This document shows, one piece after another, positions 50,114 to 62,170 of a DNA stretch of 64,000 nucleotides (positions are counted from its first letter, which is position 1; each line of letters opens with the position of its first letter). Source of the DNA: Lobosporangium transversale. Taxonomy: Eukaryota. The stretch lies in contig NW_019028979.1 of the NCBI RefSeq assembly GCF_002105155.1, forward strand, positions 1,364,001 through 1,428,000, written 5' to 3'. A program made the position numbers and the translations under genes. The notes under the pieces are model-generated. The model saw only the letters and a list, made by a program, of their open reading frames with translations, was not told the origin of the DNA and searched no databases.

Positions 50114-50503
50114 AATTTAAGTAATATGAAAGCGGGTAGATAGATATAATGACGTGGTTTTGTGAGATAGATTAGTTAAAGAGGAATGAAAGAATGAGAA
50201 GCAAAATGGACTTCAATTTATTGTTCTCACCTTTCCTTTTGTCAGCTTCATCCTCATTCATTCCTGACATTACAAATCAACCTTTTCTTGCATGGCGTGA
50301 TCTCATTTGCGCCAATCAGCATTAAAGGTGAAAAAAAAGGTGCCTGAGTACCTAGAAAACTTCATAAAAATAGCCTAGGTATACAGTGCATTTTTTGGGA
50401 CGCTGAATGCATGATACGTAAGTGGTAGTGCAATATAATCGATGGCCAGTGCACGTGATACCAAATAAATTTATTCATTTGTAATTTCTGTAAAGGTCAT
50501 GTG

Positions 50504-53500
50504 CAGTATATAGAGCGAATCTGAATCAATATTAAGACAGGGAGTGCTCTGTGTCTTGAAATGTGACTGTCACTGCTCTGTGTCTTGTTTGTGTAACCAT
50601 TTTGGCGTATATTTAAGTCAAAGTGCGTATAATGTAGTCAATATAAACCACAGAATGCGTAAAATGTAGTGAAAACGGCGTATATTCCTTCCTTTTCAAT
50701 CATTAGTATTTCAGATACCTTGCTATTCTGGTATTATTTAACTTTTTACAGACCACATCTGGTCAAGTTAATCTAAACTAACATTCCCTTTATCCATACT
50801 CCATACTATTCGCCATTTATTTCCCTCAACGGAAATGAGGAGAAAGTGCGTTTAGACGCTACCAAACGCCAAACGGATCGCAAACGCGCGACTCACAAAC
50901 ATACCAATTTCTTTTTATTTTATTTTTTTGGCAAAGCAATTAATGCATTTAGTATTTTATTACTATATCTATTATTATATATGTTACTATCGTACATGCT
51001 TCTATATATGCTATTGTTACCTACCTGGGAAGTGTATTGTCATTTATTGGTCATCTTCAGGATCCTCTTGCTCCCTAGCTTTCATGGATATCAACAGTGA
51101 GTTAATAGTCTTTCCCTCATTTGCCTGTGACCACTCAGCAACAATGTCTTCAGGATTGCGACCTTCCCTTCGTGCTGCTTCGTTGATCAGCCTAATTAAC
51201 TCATATCGTCGATTGTAGGCCCTTTGGTCTGATGTATTCACTGGCCAACTCGGGTTCAATCTTTTAAATGCTGCAAGGGGCCCATGAAACTCATCCCAAG
51301 CATCTGCCACTGTGAGCTTTCCGCGGTCTGCTTTCCATTTGAAAGTGGCGCTTGATGAGCTGGGGCCTGGGGACGAGTGATGCGATGGCTCTGGCGCTCG
51401 TTGGAAGCAATGTAGAGGAGCTTGAACCAGCGATGAGTGCTGTTGAGGTACCTGTGGGGGACGCGTCGCAAACGGCTGCTGTTGAGGGACTCTGCGCAGA
51501 GCAGGATAGCTTGGCATAGTATGGGGATATGGCCCAAGAAGACCGGCTGAATTCAAGGGATGCGCTGGAGCTTGGCGAGCTGACGGATCCTGCAATAAAT
51601 GTATCACTATCTCCATTTGCTGCTTTAGCGTCGCGAGCTCTGAGCTCATGGCAGACAACTGCGCCCTTTGTTGTGCTTCTTGCTGTGCCATTTGTGCTCC
51701 TTGCCGAGCAATAGCTGCTTCAAGAGATGCATTCTGGTGACTAAGGCTGTTTAGCGCGTTGGAGACCACATGTTTGTCAACTGGGACTAATGGATTGACA
51801 ACATTGGCGCTCTGCTGATGCACTTCGATCGCACGAAGGAGCTCTCTCTGAAAGTCAAGGAACAGCTGACTCTCAAAGATTTCTGGAAGTGATTCTAAAA
51901 GCTTATTGCTCAGAGTCCTTCCTTTGCTGTCAGGCTTCAGGTACAGCACGGCGTCTTGAAGGATAACTCTCCTCATTTGTACCAGCAATAGTAGGAAAGC
52001 TCTTCGATCAATCATTGCGCTGTTCATGAGCTTATTGGCCGTTGCGGCGGAGCTTCCCGTAGTTTCTTCATCTTGATCCCTAGCCGCTGTCGAATGGCGC
52101 ATACGCTCCTGCCAGCCTCCCCAGTGCAGGTCGTCCTCCGTGATGAGATCCGGGTTTACATCTGTCATAGCATCATTACAATCCTTGACCCATTCCTCAT
52201 TCTCTCTAGCGCTGCTGTTAAAGTTCCCTTCGATCCAAGGGAAAATTTTCCTCTGCAGCTCCAAGTCAGGGATAACGAGATTACGCTCAAGGATATAAGG
52301 TTCCTGTTCCTTGTTGAAATGAGCCATATAAAACGCGCCAGTGGTGGGGTTCTTTGGAGCATAGAAACTCTCCATCTGTCCCATTACCCAACGCCCAAGG
52401 TGACGGATATGCTCCAAGCCTAAGCCCAGACGGTACGCATCTGATGTTCCTGCGTGTCGACCGGCGTGAGTGACCTTGGTCGAATAAACGCCACAGGTTC
52501 GCATCACAGAAGCTGTGGCATCGATTTGAGTCTTTGGTGCAACAGCATTCTTGCGAAGGCCTGCGTTGCGCTTCTCGATCGTACTAGCCGCGACCAAAAG
52601 CTTGATGTTGTACCAATCGTCAGGATCAGCGAAGTTTGGGACATCCTCCTTATCCAGCTATTATAGGAATGGTACGCGACCCAACATTTAACAACGAGCT
52701 AGGAAAGTACATAACCTATATTGCAGTAAGAAGAGACAAGAATGGCACAAATCTCTTACCATAAATCGTTCTAACATGTAGAAGCCAAACGCTCCTACAG
52801 TACACCTGTAAAAAACTTTATGACGAAAGGCGGTTGCATAAAGCTTAACACCCTTTTTATTTGTTTTGCCACGAGATATGCAAAACGTAAGTCCGAGAGC
52901 TGGCTGGGACCCACTTGCCGGATGGGAAGACATGATACTGAACACATCAGATAGGTTAAGATTGCGAATGTCTTCATCTCGCAGCAGCATATGGTGTCGT
53001 GCCAAGATGCAAAGGCGCTCACGCATATATTGAAATCTACCTTCCGCATGGTACACTCGCTTCCCTTTTAGCCGCAGCATTGGCTTCATACCCCACGTAT
53101 GGAGGGCCATCCGAATGAACTGCTTCTCATTATAGGGGTCGCGAATAGAACAGGTATCAGTGCGCGTCGATCCCTGGAATGAGGTGTCGTACACTAGTTT
53201 CCCCTCGTATTCCTCGATAGCCTCCTTCAGCGGGATATCCTTGCGCGGATGAGGTGCAGGGTTTGGCCAATCCACCTTTGATGACGCTTGCTCCTTGTAG
53301 AGATAAATTAATGCCTTCCTGGCACAATCCACTGTTTCTATCGAGATAGGCGCATAGATGAATCTTCGGCCAGTCTCATCAGTTTGCGGATGCGAAAGAA
53401 CTATATTTGGATTAAAATGAAGTGTCAGAATGTCAATTAAGAGTGAGCCACAGCTTTGAACAAGGTTATTTTGGTTACATGATTACACTAGATTTACTTT

Positions 53501-55077
53501 TTGCTCTTTCCGCAATGGAGGAGACCATGAGGGCTTGTGGTTCAGCAGACATGAGGGCCTCTTCTTCAGCTGGTTGCGAGTGATTTTGTTCCTCGTCTTC
53601 GCTTCCTGCATCGTCTTTGTCACCTTGGGAGGCTTCCTCAAACCCCTCAAATGCCGGAGTCTCATAAGGCTGTGAATTACGTTGGCTATAATTTTGCTCC
53701 AGCTCATGGACAACATCCTGAAAAATACTTTCCTCTGTCTCTGCTTTCCAAGCCTTTGGTTTTCTCTTATTTTCGCGAGTCAGCTTGCCCTCTAACACTG
53801 ATCTGGCCGCTTGTGATGAAGCCTTTCCAACGACGCCACTGAATCCCGCGTTTGAATCAATATATTTCTTTACTGTGCGCTTGAAAACAACCTCCTCGAA
53901 AAACTTTAACATTTTTCTTGCGTCAACGCTGCAGTCCCCTTTTTCTCTTGTGCTGCAGAACACCTATCATTTATATTGTATTTGCATATTTTGTATTACG
54001 AAGCATGAAAAAAAAAATTTGACTGTCCTAAAAAATAAAATAAACAAATAAACAAAATAATAAACTTACCTGCCAAGCTTTCAAGTATGTCTTGTACTGC
54101 AGCAATGTCTTTGAGGGATTCTTGTTGGCGAGGAGAGATTCGAGAACATGGTTAGCACAGGTTTTTCTCTGCTCTGCTGTTTCTTCAGACGAAAAAGGCG
54201 ACTGAAGGTGGCTGGAAGAGTTATCAGTTGTTGCACCGATAATCGTGTCTTGGGAGTAGATCCGCTTGCGAGGGGTGTGTTCCTCGGAGACGTTGTGGAC
54301 GCCTACAGAACAGGCCCTTCTTTTGCCCTCGCGGATCTCTCTCCTTTTTTCTTTTTCATCTCTGGCTTCCTTAGCCTTTCGTGCATAGCCACTTCTTCCT
54401 TCTTTCCCTTGCTTCACGCTAAATTCGAAGAAGGTCCCGCTTGGACCTGAGTTTATTGATGAAGAGGCAGCGTTGCCAGAAGAAGAAGAAGCGATAGTGC
54501 GGGGCATCTTGATAGGTTACTTTATATTTTTTGTTGAGGGAATTGGGTAGATATTTGTGAGTACGATCAAGTGTTGCAAGTAGTGGTTATCGTAATAAAT
54601 AGCGATGATGTATAATGTATAAAAGAAAAGAATAAAAAAGAAAAATGTAAGCGAACATGGTTTTATACTTTTAGCTCATATTGTCAAGTCCAGTTCAAGA
54701 ATATACTCTCCTCATATTTCAATTGTTCAATCGCTATCTTAGTGAGCTTGATCAATTGTTAGCTTCCCTCAAGCGCGTTATTTTCCTTTGAGTACGGAAT
54801 GAGTACAGATGAGGAATGAGTGGAATGAGTGGAATGGAATGCGGGAATGAAGAATTGTATGAAGCAAGGTGTTGATCAGATCAGACCGCTTTGTGAGCGC
54901 GCTACGCGCGTGTAACTAAAGATACTTTTAGTTTCTACTTTTCAGTTAGATGTAGTGAAAAGACATGTGCCTGAATTCTAACCTCTGTGTCTCTGTGTCT
55001 GTACGTGAAACCTATGAAACATTTTGCCTATTAATGGGCATACACTGGAATTTGACTTAATAAACTATTACAGTATA
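50504..55077 (-). mobile_element. Crypton-like element 2, apparently intact, flanked by CAGTATA direct repeats
   Basis: CAGTATA at 50504-50510 and 55071-55077; shared subterminal motifs at both ends (CTCTGTGTCT, ATGTAGTGAAAA, TTAAGTCAAA); encloses one YR gene. Confidence 0.75.
51044..54507 (-). CDS. Intact tyrosine recombinase (NDC10_II/Crypton-type) + GCR1_C, 1052 aa; exons 54507-54070, 53963-53498, 53400-52760, 52657-51044
   Basis: Three GT-AG introns give a continuous 3159-nt frame. Motifs LLRDEDIR, GKTNK, RHKVFYRCTVGAFGFY, THAGRH, LGRW, ESFY; GCR1_C-like TVADAWDEF...AYNRRYELI. Confidence 0.88.
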
Positions 55078-55328
55078 AATATATATATATATCTATACTT
55101 TAATTTTTTATTTTCGCTTGTGGATCTCTGCATACAATTGTTCTTCTTTTAATCTTATTTCAATAGCCGAAGCAATAGTTTGGGATATCGTCGCCATTTG
55201 GTCACGAACATAGTGTAAAAATATATTGATTGAACTGATGGCCAGAAGCGAGGACAATATAGATATATATATATCGAGGAAGTGGGGCTTCTTGATATTT
55301 TATTATCACTATAGAGACGATATGATAC

Positions 55329-57386
55329 TTATGAAGGGACTGCTTGCTCCTCCTCTTTGTGTTTCCTTGAAGGCTTTTGTGAATTTACAGGGCTTATTTC
55401 ATGTTTAAGAGGAGGTGGAAGGAACGCAATCTGTGGACGATATTGAGAATCCTTGACTACTCGACTCTTTTGTACTGACTTGGGTAGATAATGGAAGACG
55501 ACATGTCGAAACAGCCTTTCGAACATCGTCTATTGATTACAAAAATACAAGCGTTAATCGATTGTTGTAAAACTATGTCAACCGGATTTTCATATACCCT
55601 TCTCCTCTTCTCAACTTTAAATGGCTTACATGACCATATTGCAGTTTAGCTGCAATTTGACTTGCTTCGTATTGTGTCTTTACATGATGATACCGTTGCG
55701 CATGATAACTTTTGAATGCTTTTTGAATTCTTCCAAAAGATAAAGGTTTAAGGTCATAAAGGCAGTTTGCTAAAACTACAGCGTCTTGCATTGCATTTAT
55801 AGCACCTTGGCCAGCACTTGGAAGCATCTATCGTGACCAAGAAAAAAAAAATTAGTAACAAAATAACTTGCTTTCATTAAAGATAATTGCCATATGTCCA
55901 GCACTAACCTTGTGTGCAGCTTAGAGAGACGCGATTTAGACAAAAAAAAAAAAAAAAACTTTAAGTAAAAGAAATAACTTTTTGCAAGACAATCCATTAG
56001 TTCATGAGACACATACCATCGCCAATCAACACTGTCCGACCATGGTGCCAAGTTTCATATAGGATATCTTCAAGGAAGACTCTGCTGATTAGGTCCTTTG
56101 GTGTAGCATCGATCAAGTCGCCAAGGATACCATATGGAGTCTTGAAGTGATATACCCTCTCGATCATTTTTTTATTGTGTGCAGAGGTCCACTCGGAATT
56201 CCGAAACTGCTCATCCGCTGATGCATCGGCAGTTAGTTGCAAGACAGCACCCCAGCATATTCTGTTCCCAGGCACTTGAATGACACTCCACTACAAGGAT
56301 GGTTATTTATAATAATGATGTGAATATTAAAACTATCAAGAAAGAAAAAAGTTTCTGAATTACATATTTTCTCAGGAACTGGTGTAACTCACTGCATATG
56401 GCGTTGACTTGTCGCCAACCATTAAGTTACTGTCACACGTCGGTCCTCCCAAACCAGGGTATTTAGATGGATCGAGCGCATTAGTCGTGCCTACTAGACA
56501 GATATAACCCTTTGATATCTCACGCTCATCTGAAGACGGCAATTTCTTTTGTTCAGAAAGCTCTTTGAACAAATTCTGGCGAACCGCGCTATAGGCTCCA
56601 TCTGCTCCTACTAAGATGTCACCATGAACGCATGTTCCATCTTTGAGACGCACCATGACACCTTCTTGGTTCTGTAAAAAACTCATGACTTTTTTGCCCA
56701 TTTGGATCTTGTGAGGAGGAATGCGATCATACAGCAACTTGTAGAGTTCGGGGCGAGGGAAAAGTGCGCTCTCATAACCAACGCTGCATCAAACAAATAA
56801 TAAAATAACAATACAGTAAATGATTGTGTATCATGTATCTTGTATTGCTTTCTAAAAGAGGAGGCGACAATCTATGCAAAAGTAAATGTATATACTCACA
56901 TTTTGTTATCTTCTTCACAACTATACTCTCCAATCTTCTTCATGTCGTGTGAGAAAATCCTGGTCATGGAACATGTAAACGAGATTTTGCGAAGATCCTC
57001 ATATAATCCCAGCTGCTCGAAGGCAGGAAGGATATTCGCTGTCAAACTCATGACAGAGCCTACAGTCCAATACAAAAATAGAGATTAAAATTGTGAGTTT
57101 CTATATATTTACAAAGTGACAAAAGGTGAGAGAGGAAGAAATGTGTATACATACCAAGAGGTACAACCTCTTTTGCACGCTCGAAAATCTGGTATGGGAT
57201 GTTTGCCTTTTCTAGGATGTTTGCCAAGAATAAGCCTGCAAGACCCCCACCAGAAATGATTACATGTGGGGGGCTATTGGAGATCTGTGGAGGTAATTCA
57301 CTCGATTTGAAGGATTTAAAGATGGGCTCGGGCGAGTATTCATCTTTGACCTCGTGTGTATCTTGAGCATTTAATGTTGAAGCCAT
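55329..57386 (-). CDS. FAD-dependent monooxygenase (FAD_binding_3), about 6 exons
   Basis: VIISGGGLAGL...FER, ILVGADGAYSAVR, WHHGRTVLIGD, MLPSAGQGAINAMQDA across spliced fragments. Confidence 0.88.
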
Positions 57387-57504
57387 GAGCGGGTCTTTTA
57401 ATTTTATTTTATTTTAATTTTTAATTTTAATTTTAACTTCCTTGAACAGGTTGAATGAATGACAGGAAAGAATGTAAATGAGAATGAAGAAGAGAGGAAT
57501 GTGG

Positions 57505-57540
<36 letters not shown>

Positions 57541-58410
57541 GAAGAGAATGTTTAGAACGAGGTAAACGTGTTTGTTCCTGAGCCTTCAATTCAATCCAAT
57601 AACGGCTCTTTTTCTTTTTCTTTTTTTTTTTATTTGTATAGATGTGCTGCAATGCATTCTTGGCAAAGTTGGGTGTTTTCACAAAGCGCTATTGCGCACA
57701 AAACAAATAAACAGACAAGGGTGTAGTTGTGCATTAATTTTTTTTTATTGTTTGCATGCTCCATCATTAATACATGAAATAAATTAAACCGGATATCGAT
57801 TTCCGTATTGGCAAATGACGGGAATGACAAAAAAGAAAAAAAGAAATCCTTTGTGCACTTTTTCATTGAGGCCAACCATACAAAGCCAAACGTTACCGAA
57901 TGTTATATACCGAACGATATTAAAAAAAAAAAAAGCCTTCATTAGACATGTTTACCATGTTTACCATGTTTACATGCAATTGTTTTAAATTGCTCAACAG
58001 AAGAGAGAAATGTATATAAATATATATATTAAATACCCATCTGTCCGTAAAGATAACCTTTTCGCCAAAGCAAAAAAGTATAAAATTGAGTTCTACTCTC
58101 TTACACTTGGACGATCTCGACTCAAGCGATATGATTTGCATTACAAAGCATAGCAGAGTACTCTCTCTGCTTCGGTTTCTTCATGCCCCTTCATCTATTC
58201 TAGACTTTGTCTCCATTACCAACAATGCTAGCTCCAGTATGCAGATTCATACTACTGGGCTGCTGAATAAGGAACAATACCTCCGATTTCTTTTTTTTAT
58301 CTTTTGTGCATGTGAATGTTAGAAGTGTATAGGGATACCCCCCTGATATCGCGTCGAAATGAAAACGCGATTGGACAACTACTATTTATAATAAATATGA
58401 AGGGATACCT

Positions 58411-60558
58411 CTATCTCCATGCCTTTTCTTGTAACGGTGGCATGATAATCTCAATTTCGGGCCGGATTTTGTTAATAACTCTCTGAATCTCTTTCAAAGC
58501 ATAGTGTTTCTGCGCATGTCTATTTTCATTCGTTTGAAACCGCATATCAATCGTTTCCATCTCTGGCCATAAACACTCTTCCCGGTGAGCACGTCGTCCT
58601 TGGAAATAATTGATCAAATCTTGCACTTGACCAAGATGGGTCATGTCAACGCCATCAATTATTTCTCTTCCATGCTCGGACAGCTCTTTCTCATTTTTCT
58701 TCTCGTATGTCCGTTGTCCATGTTTTTGATCAGTCGCAATGTCAGGAAGCTTTATCTCCTTATTCTTGTTAAAAATACTGCCGTCGAACCTTGAACGAAC
58801 TAAAGGAAATGATACTCCAAGGCTCTGCTCTGATAGACTGACACTATCATCTTTGCAGTATAAATCATTTATAGTCCGAACAGCCTTCCAAAGTCGCAGC
58901 AGCCCTTTAACCGCACTAAATTGCCTCTTATGCACTTTTTCCCATTGCTGCTTCATCTGCTCCTGTGTATCATAATAATACTGCCGTTTCATCCAGTCAA
59001 TGCTATTCTCTTTCAAGGGCAAAGGATATCCTCTCAAGTACAGTTGCAGGGTCCTCAGACGCTTCAAACGTGACAATAAACACAAACTGACAGGCCCACG
59101 GATAAATACATTGGTCCTATTAATAGCCAGCTTTTCAAGATCAGGACACACCCGACTGATATATCCGAGAACCACACGCAATTGTTCCGCGAAATCCGTC
59201 ATGCCTACTCGATGCTGTTCATCAATCCGGATGTGCAGTGTCTTTAACTTTCGACAGGCCCAGACCCGCTGATTTAAGGGTACCAAGGGTGAGAGGAAGG
59301 ACTGTGAAACACATGGCTGACCAAAAAGCGCTTTGGTCACGTAGAGAAGGTCCAGAGGGAGATTTACCTCTAAGGCTTTGAAATGCTCCAATAATGGGCT
59401 TTCACACAAGAGTTGATGGACCCAGACCCCAATGCGTCGTTCGTCCGCCGCGGTGCTTCCTCTGCAAGGGCCTATAATTTCAACTGTCGTCAGTCGATTT
59501 ACCATTCGATGCGCATCCAAGAGGACGCATGCTGATGACAAGGGATGCCTGACCATACTGGCGGTAGAAACCCCCCAATGCTCCACCAACGGGAACTGCG
59601 CAATAGGCGCAGCCTCTTCATGAATGCTCGAGGGCTCGCACACAGAAACATGAAGGCTATCCAACTTTGGACAATAGGACGACAGGCGGCCAAAAAACGC
59701 TGTTCTCCTTTCCTTTGTGAGGAGAAAATTCTTCATAGGGCCGTCATTGGATCCCCTCTCCGAGACTGGCTGAGCATTGACAATTCGGAGCTCTGTCAAC
59801 TCGGGGCAAGATCGAAGGAATGACTCTAGGGCAGTCTCTGTCAAGCCTAGCTTTTCAAACGTAGCAGATCGCAATGGCCAAGGCCGCTTTTGCTTGATGT
59901 GAGCGCGAACATCGGCCAAATGGTCAGTAGAATCGTCTTGCTTAATATCGAGATCCTGCTCTTCCTCTAGCTTAGCTATGCTGTCTACTCTCCAAGGCGC
60001 ATAACTTGCTGCGACAGTTGCAACAGATAGTTCTTCAAGATTCGGGCATAGGCGCCTAGTCTCAGCCATAGAAATTTTCGCAGAATAAGGAACACTGTCC
60101 AAATGTAAGCAAGTCAGGCCAGGACCAAGGATACGCAGAAGTGGGAGCAATTGAGACCAAACATCGGTATTAAGGTCAGCACTGAAAAAAAACTGTCGGA
60201 TCTTGAGACCAAAGGAGTAAAATGAAGTAGCAGAGGAAGAGGCTAAAGACGCAAGGGCATTCCGGAGAATAGACCAGCTCGCTTCTTCTTGGCCAAGAGG
60301 CAGTCGTGCTGTGTAGAATTTAGGATAACTTCCTCGTTGGCAAGCCAGAGTATAGGCTAGTCCAAGCTTCTTTGCCATTACCTGTTCATTTACACCTTCC
60401 TTCAGATGGATGGCTGAAAAGTGGACTGTTCTCTTCAGGAGTACCCGAGCCATTCGATACCATTGATGTGACACCAGTGGGATATTGGTGCGGAGTGAAG
60501 CCTGTCCTACAAAGGATAAGATACGTTCAATGACCTCGGGAGGAAGTGCGGGCAGCAT
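58411..60558 (-). CDS. Intronless F-box/LRR-like protein, 715 aa
   Basis: LPALPPEVIERILSFV...VSHQW; LCPNLEEL, LLCESPLLEH, VWACRKLKTL, LGYISRVCPDL. Confidence 0.8.
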   Translation of the reverse strand: MLPALPPEVIERILSFVGQASLRTNIPLVSHQWYRMARVLLKRTVHFSAIHLKEGVNEQVMAKKLGLAYTLACQRGSYPKFYTARLPLGQEEASWSILRNALASLASSSATSFYSFGLKIRQFFFSADLNTDVWSQLLPLLRILGPGLTCLHLDSVPYSAKISMAETRRLCPNLEELSVATVAASYAPWRVDSIAKLEEEQDLDIKQDDSTDHLADVRAHIKQKRPWPLRSATFEKLGLTETALESFLRSCPELTELRIVNAQPVSERGSNDGPMKNFLLTKERRTAFFGRLSSYCPKLDSLHVSVCEPSSIHEEAAPIAQFPLVEHWGVSTASMVRHPLSSACVLLDAHRMVNRLTTVEIIGPCRGSTAADERRIGVWVHQLLCESPLLEHFKALEVNLPLDLLYVTKALFGQPCVSQSFLSPLVPLNQRVWACRKLKTLHIRIDEQHRVGMTDFAEQLRVVLGYISRVCPDLEKLAINRTNVFIRGPVSLCLLSRLKRLRTLQLYLRGYPLPLKENSIDWMKRQYYYDTQEQMKQQWEKVHKRQFSAVKGLLRLWKAVRTINDLYCKDDSVSLSEQSLGVSFPLVRSRFDGSIFNKNKEIKLPDIATDQKHGQRTYEKKNEKELSEHGREIIDGVDMTHLGQVQDLINYFQGRRAHREECLWPEMETIDMRFQTNENRHAQKHYALKEIQRVINKIRPEIEIIMPPLQEKAWR

Positions 60559-61733
60559 GCTAGCTTTAGTCGGGATATTTATAGTAAGAGAGAGAAAAAG
60601 AGGAAGTCAGGTTATGATCATTGGCAAATGAGTTTTAATGATGACAGATGGCAATGAACCTTGAAATTGCCCAAAAGTCCAGACCATCTATGGCAATGGT
60701 GGCATGCTGCGCCCATGAGGCTTAATTAAATTGGCGTTTTTTAATGTTCATGTTCATGTATGTAGTGTGCCACAGAAATCAACTTCTGGCAGTCGGTTAT
60801 TAATATTTCTGTCGTCTTTACCGATCCGCGGACTACTGCCTAGACACCTAATATCCGTACAAGGTCATTTTTACCAAGTCAGTGAATTTTCTCTGGCAAT
60901 GTGTCGAAATGGAGGCTACCTATACCACTGTATTTGCTGCTTAGCACCAGCATCTACGTTGTTTTTGCATCGATCTTGGTCCTGTTGTGGTGTCTAACCG
61001 CTATATTATAACTATCAATACACGAGTAGCTTAGTGCTAAGTCGAGTCTACTACTATTTAAGGCCTCACCAAAGGCCATGATTAAGGGGTAAATATGTTC
61101 TCATTTATCCACTTCTCGCCTGACGATATCTAGTATTTCCTGCATATGCTCCTTTGAGACGGACATCCCTTTAGTATTGTTTCTTGTACTATTGTGCACC
61201 AATAATCTGGAAAAAGAATGCTATGTCCGACTTGGCCTTGATGTTGGAATAAATCTTTCGTCCTGATACTTCTGATGCTCCGTTCTTTGTATCTTGGAGG
61301 ACTACCATAAATTCCCCCCCATGAAGGTGGGGCAATGAGCCATCATACCATTCTTTCTTGATCTTCTCGCGCGGGGTGTATTACCTTTCCCAGCACGATC
61401 CTTGCTCCAGAGATTTTGCTGGCCTAGAATCATGCCATTTTTGAAACCATTCTCTGATGTGTCTTTTAACACCTTCTGGTTCAAGGATGTTAAAGGTATC
61501 GCCACCGCCCTATACTTAAATTATGACCAGTATGACTCCTCCATGTCTCCTACCCAGGAGTTTATCTATCATCTGTCCTGTCGCCATGAGCAGCTGTCCA
61601 CATCTCTCTTCAATCCATTGCCATCTTCAATGCTTTTCTAAACGCCTCCCTGCCTGCATCTCGGGCACCGCCTGCACCCATCTCTCGTAGATGCCCTTAC
61701 TTCACATCTCCTATACTTCTTCCCTCCTTCTTC

Positions 61734-62139
61734 TTTTTTTTTTTTTTTGATAACAAGGACCCACGAGGTCATGTAGGATTTATTTAGATGTTAGCTCTAT
61801 AAATGGGTTGCCCCATTACTGGGGTCGCAAATAAAGCGGTATCCAATAATCGGCCGAAGCCGCATCGTCATACTGCCACAGTACTACATCCTGTTCATAA
61901 ACCACGTCAGCATTGAGTAGACTTCCTTGGTCCCAGAGGACCTGTGGCACGGCTCTACTCCCTACTTGACCTGTTGTGCGCGAAGGTCATCCTTTAGCCG
62001 CTGTCCTCAATCATCAAAAATTTACAGCTTTCCAGGCGCTCCATAATCGCCAATTCCACCTGCTGCCGGTAGCTTGCCGCCACTCGCCGGTCTGCCTCAG
62101 TCCTGATCGCCTTCACATCTGCTGTTCGTCGTTGTCCCT

Positions 62140-62170
<31 letters not shown>

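Larger units (their letters stand above)
42588..50505. repeat. 7918 bp palindrome: arms 42588-46543 and 46550-50505 (3956 bp each), 6-nt spacer ATACTG
   Basis: Axis reads caaactaccgttt-ATACTG-aaacggtagtttg. Every ORF is mirrored exactly (coordinate sum 93093), the 23-nt poly(T)/poly(A) tract has equal length in both arms, and complementarity breaks at 42587/50506. Confidence 0.97.
46544..50509 (+). mobile_element. Crypton-like tyrosine-recombinase element 1, right (inverted) copy
   Basis: Mirror of the left copy; bounded by ATACTG (46544-46549) and its reverse complement CAGTAT (50504-50509). Confidence 0.8.

Noticed and set aside
42588..50505. Long-TIR DNA transposon (arms as terminal inverted repeats)
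   Set aside because: No internal unique region beyond 6 nt, no DDE transposase and no clear TSD at the outer ends.
50545..50690. CRISPR-like repeat-spacer pattern
   Set aside because: Repeats are short, degenerate and irregularly spaced in a eukaryotic context; better explained as subterminal element motifs.
43731..54507. Starship captain (DUF3435) or centromere protein Ndc10 as identity of the YR genes
   Set aside because: The motifs and C-terminal GCR1_C-like domain fit Crypton/NDC10_II-type recombinases; units are only 4-4.6 kb without large cargo, and catalytic residues are retained, unlike Ndc10.
61100..61730. Possible decayed LINE ORF2 tail next to the retro-copies
   Set aside because: Only short interrupted minus-strand frames; no RT, endonuclease or zinc-knuckle motif could be identified by eye.
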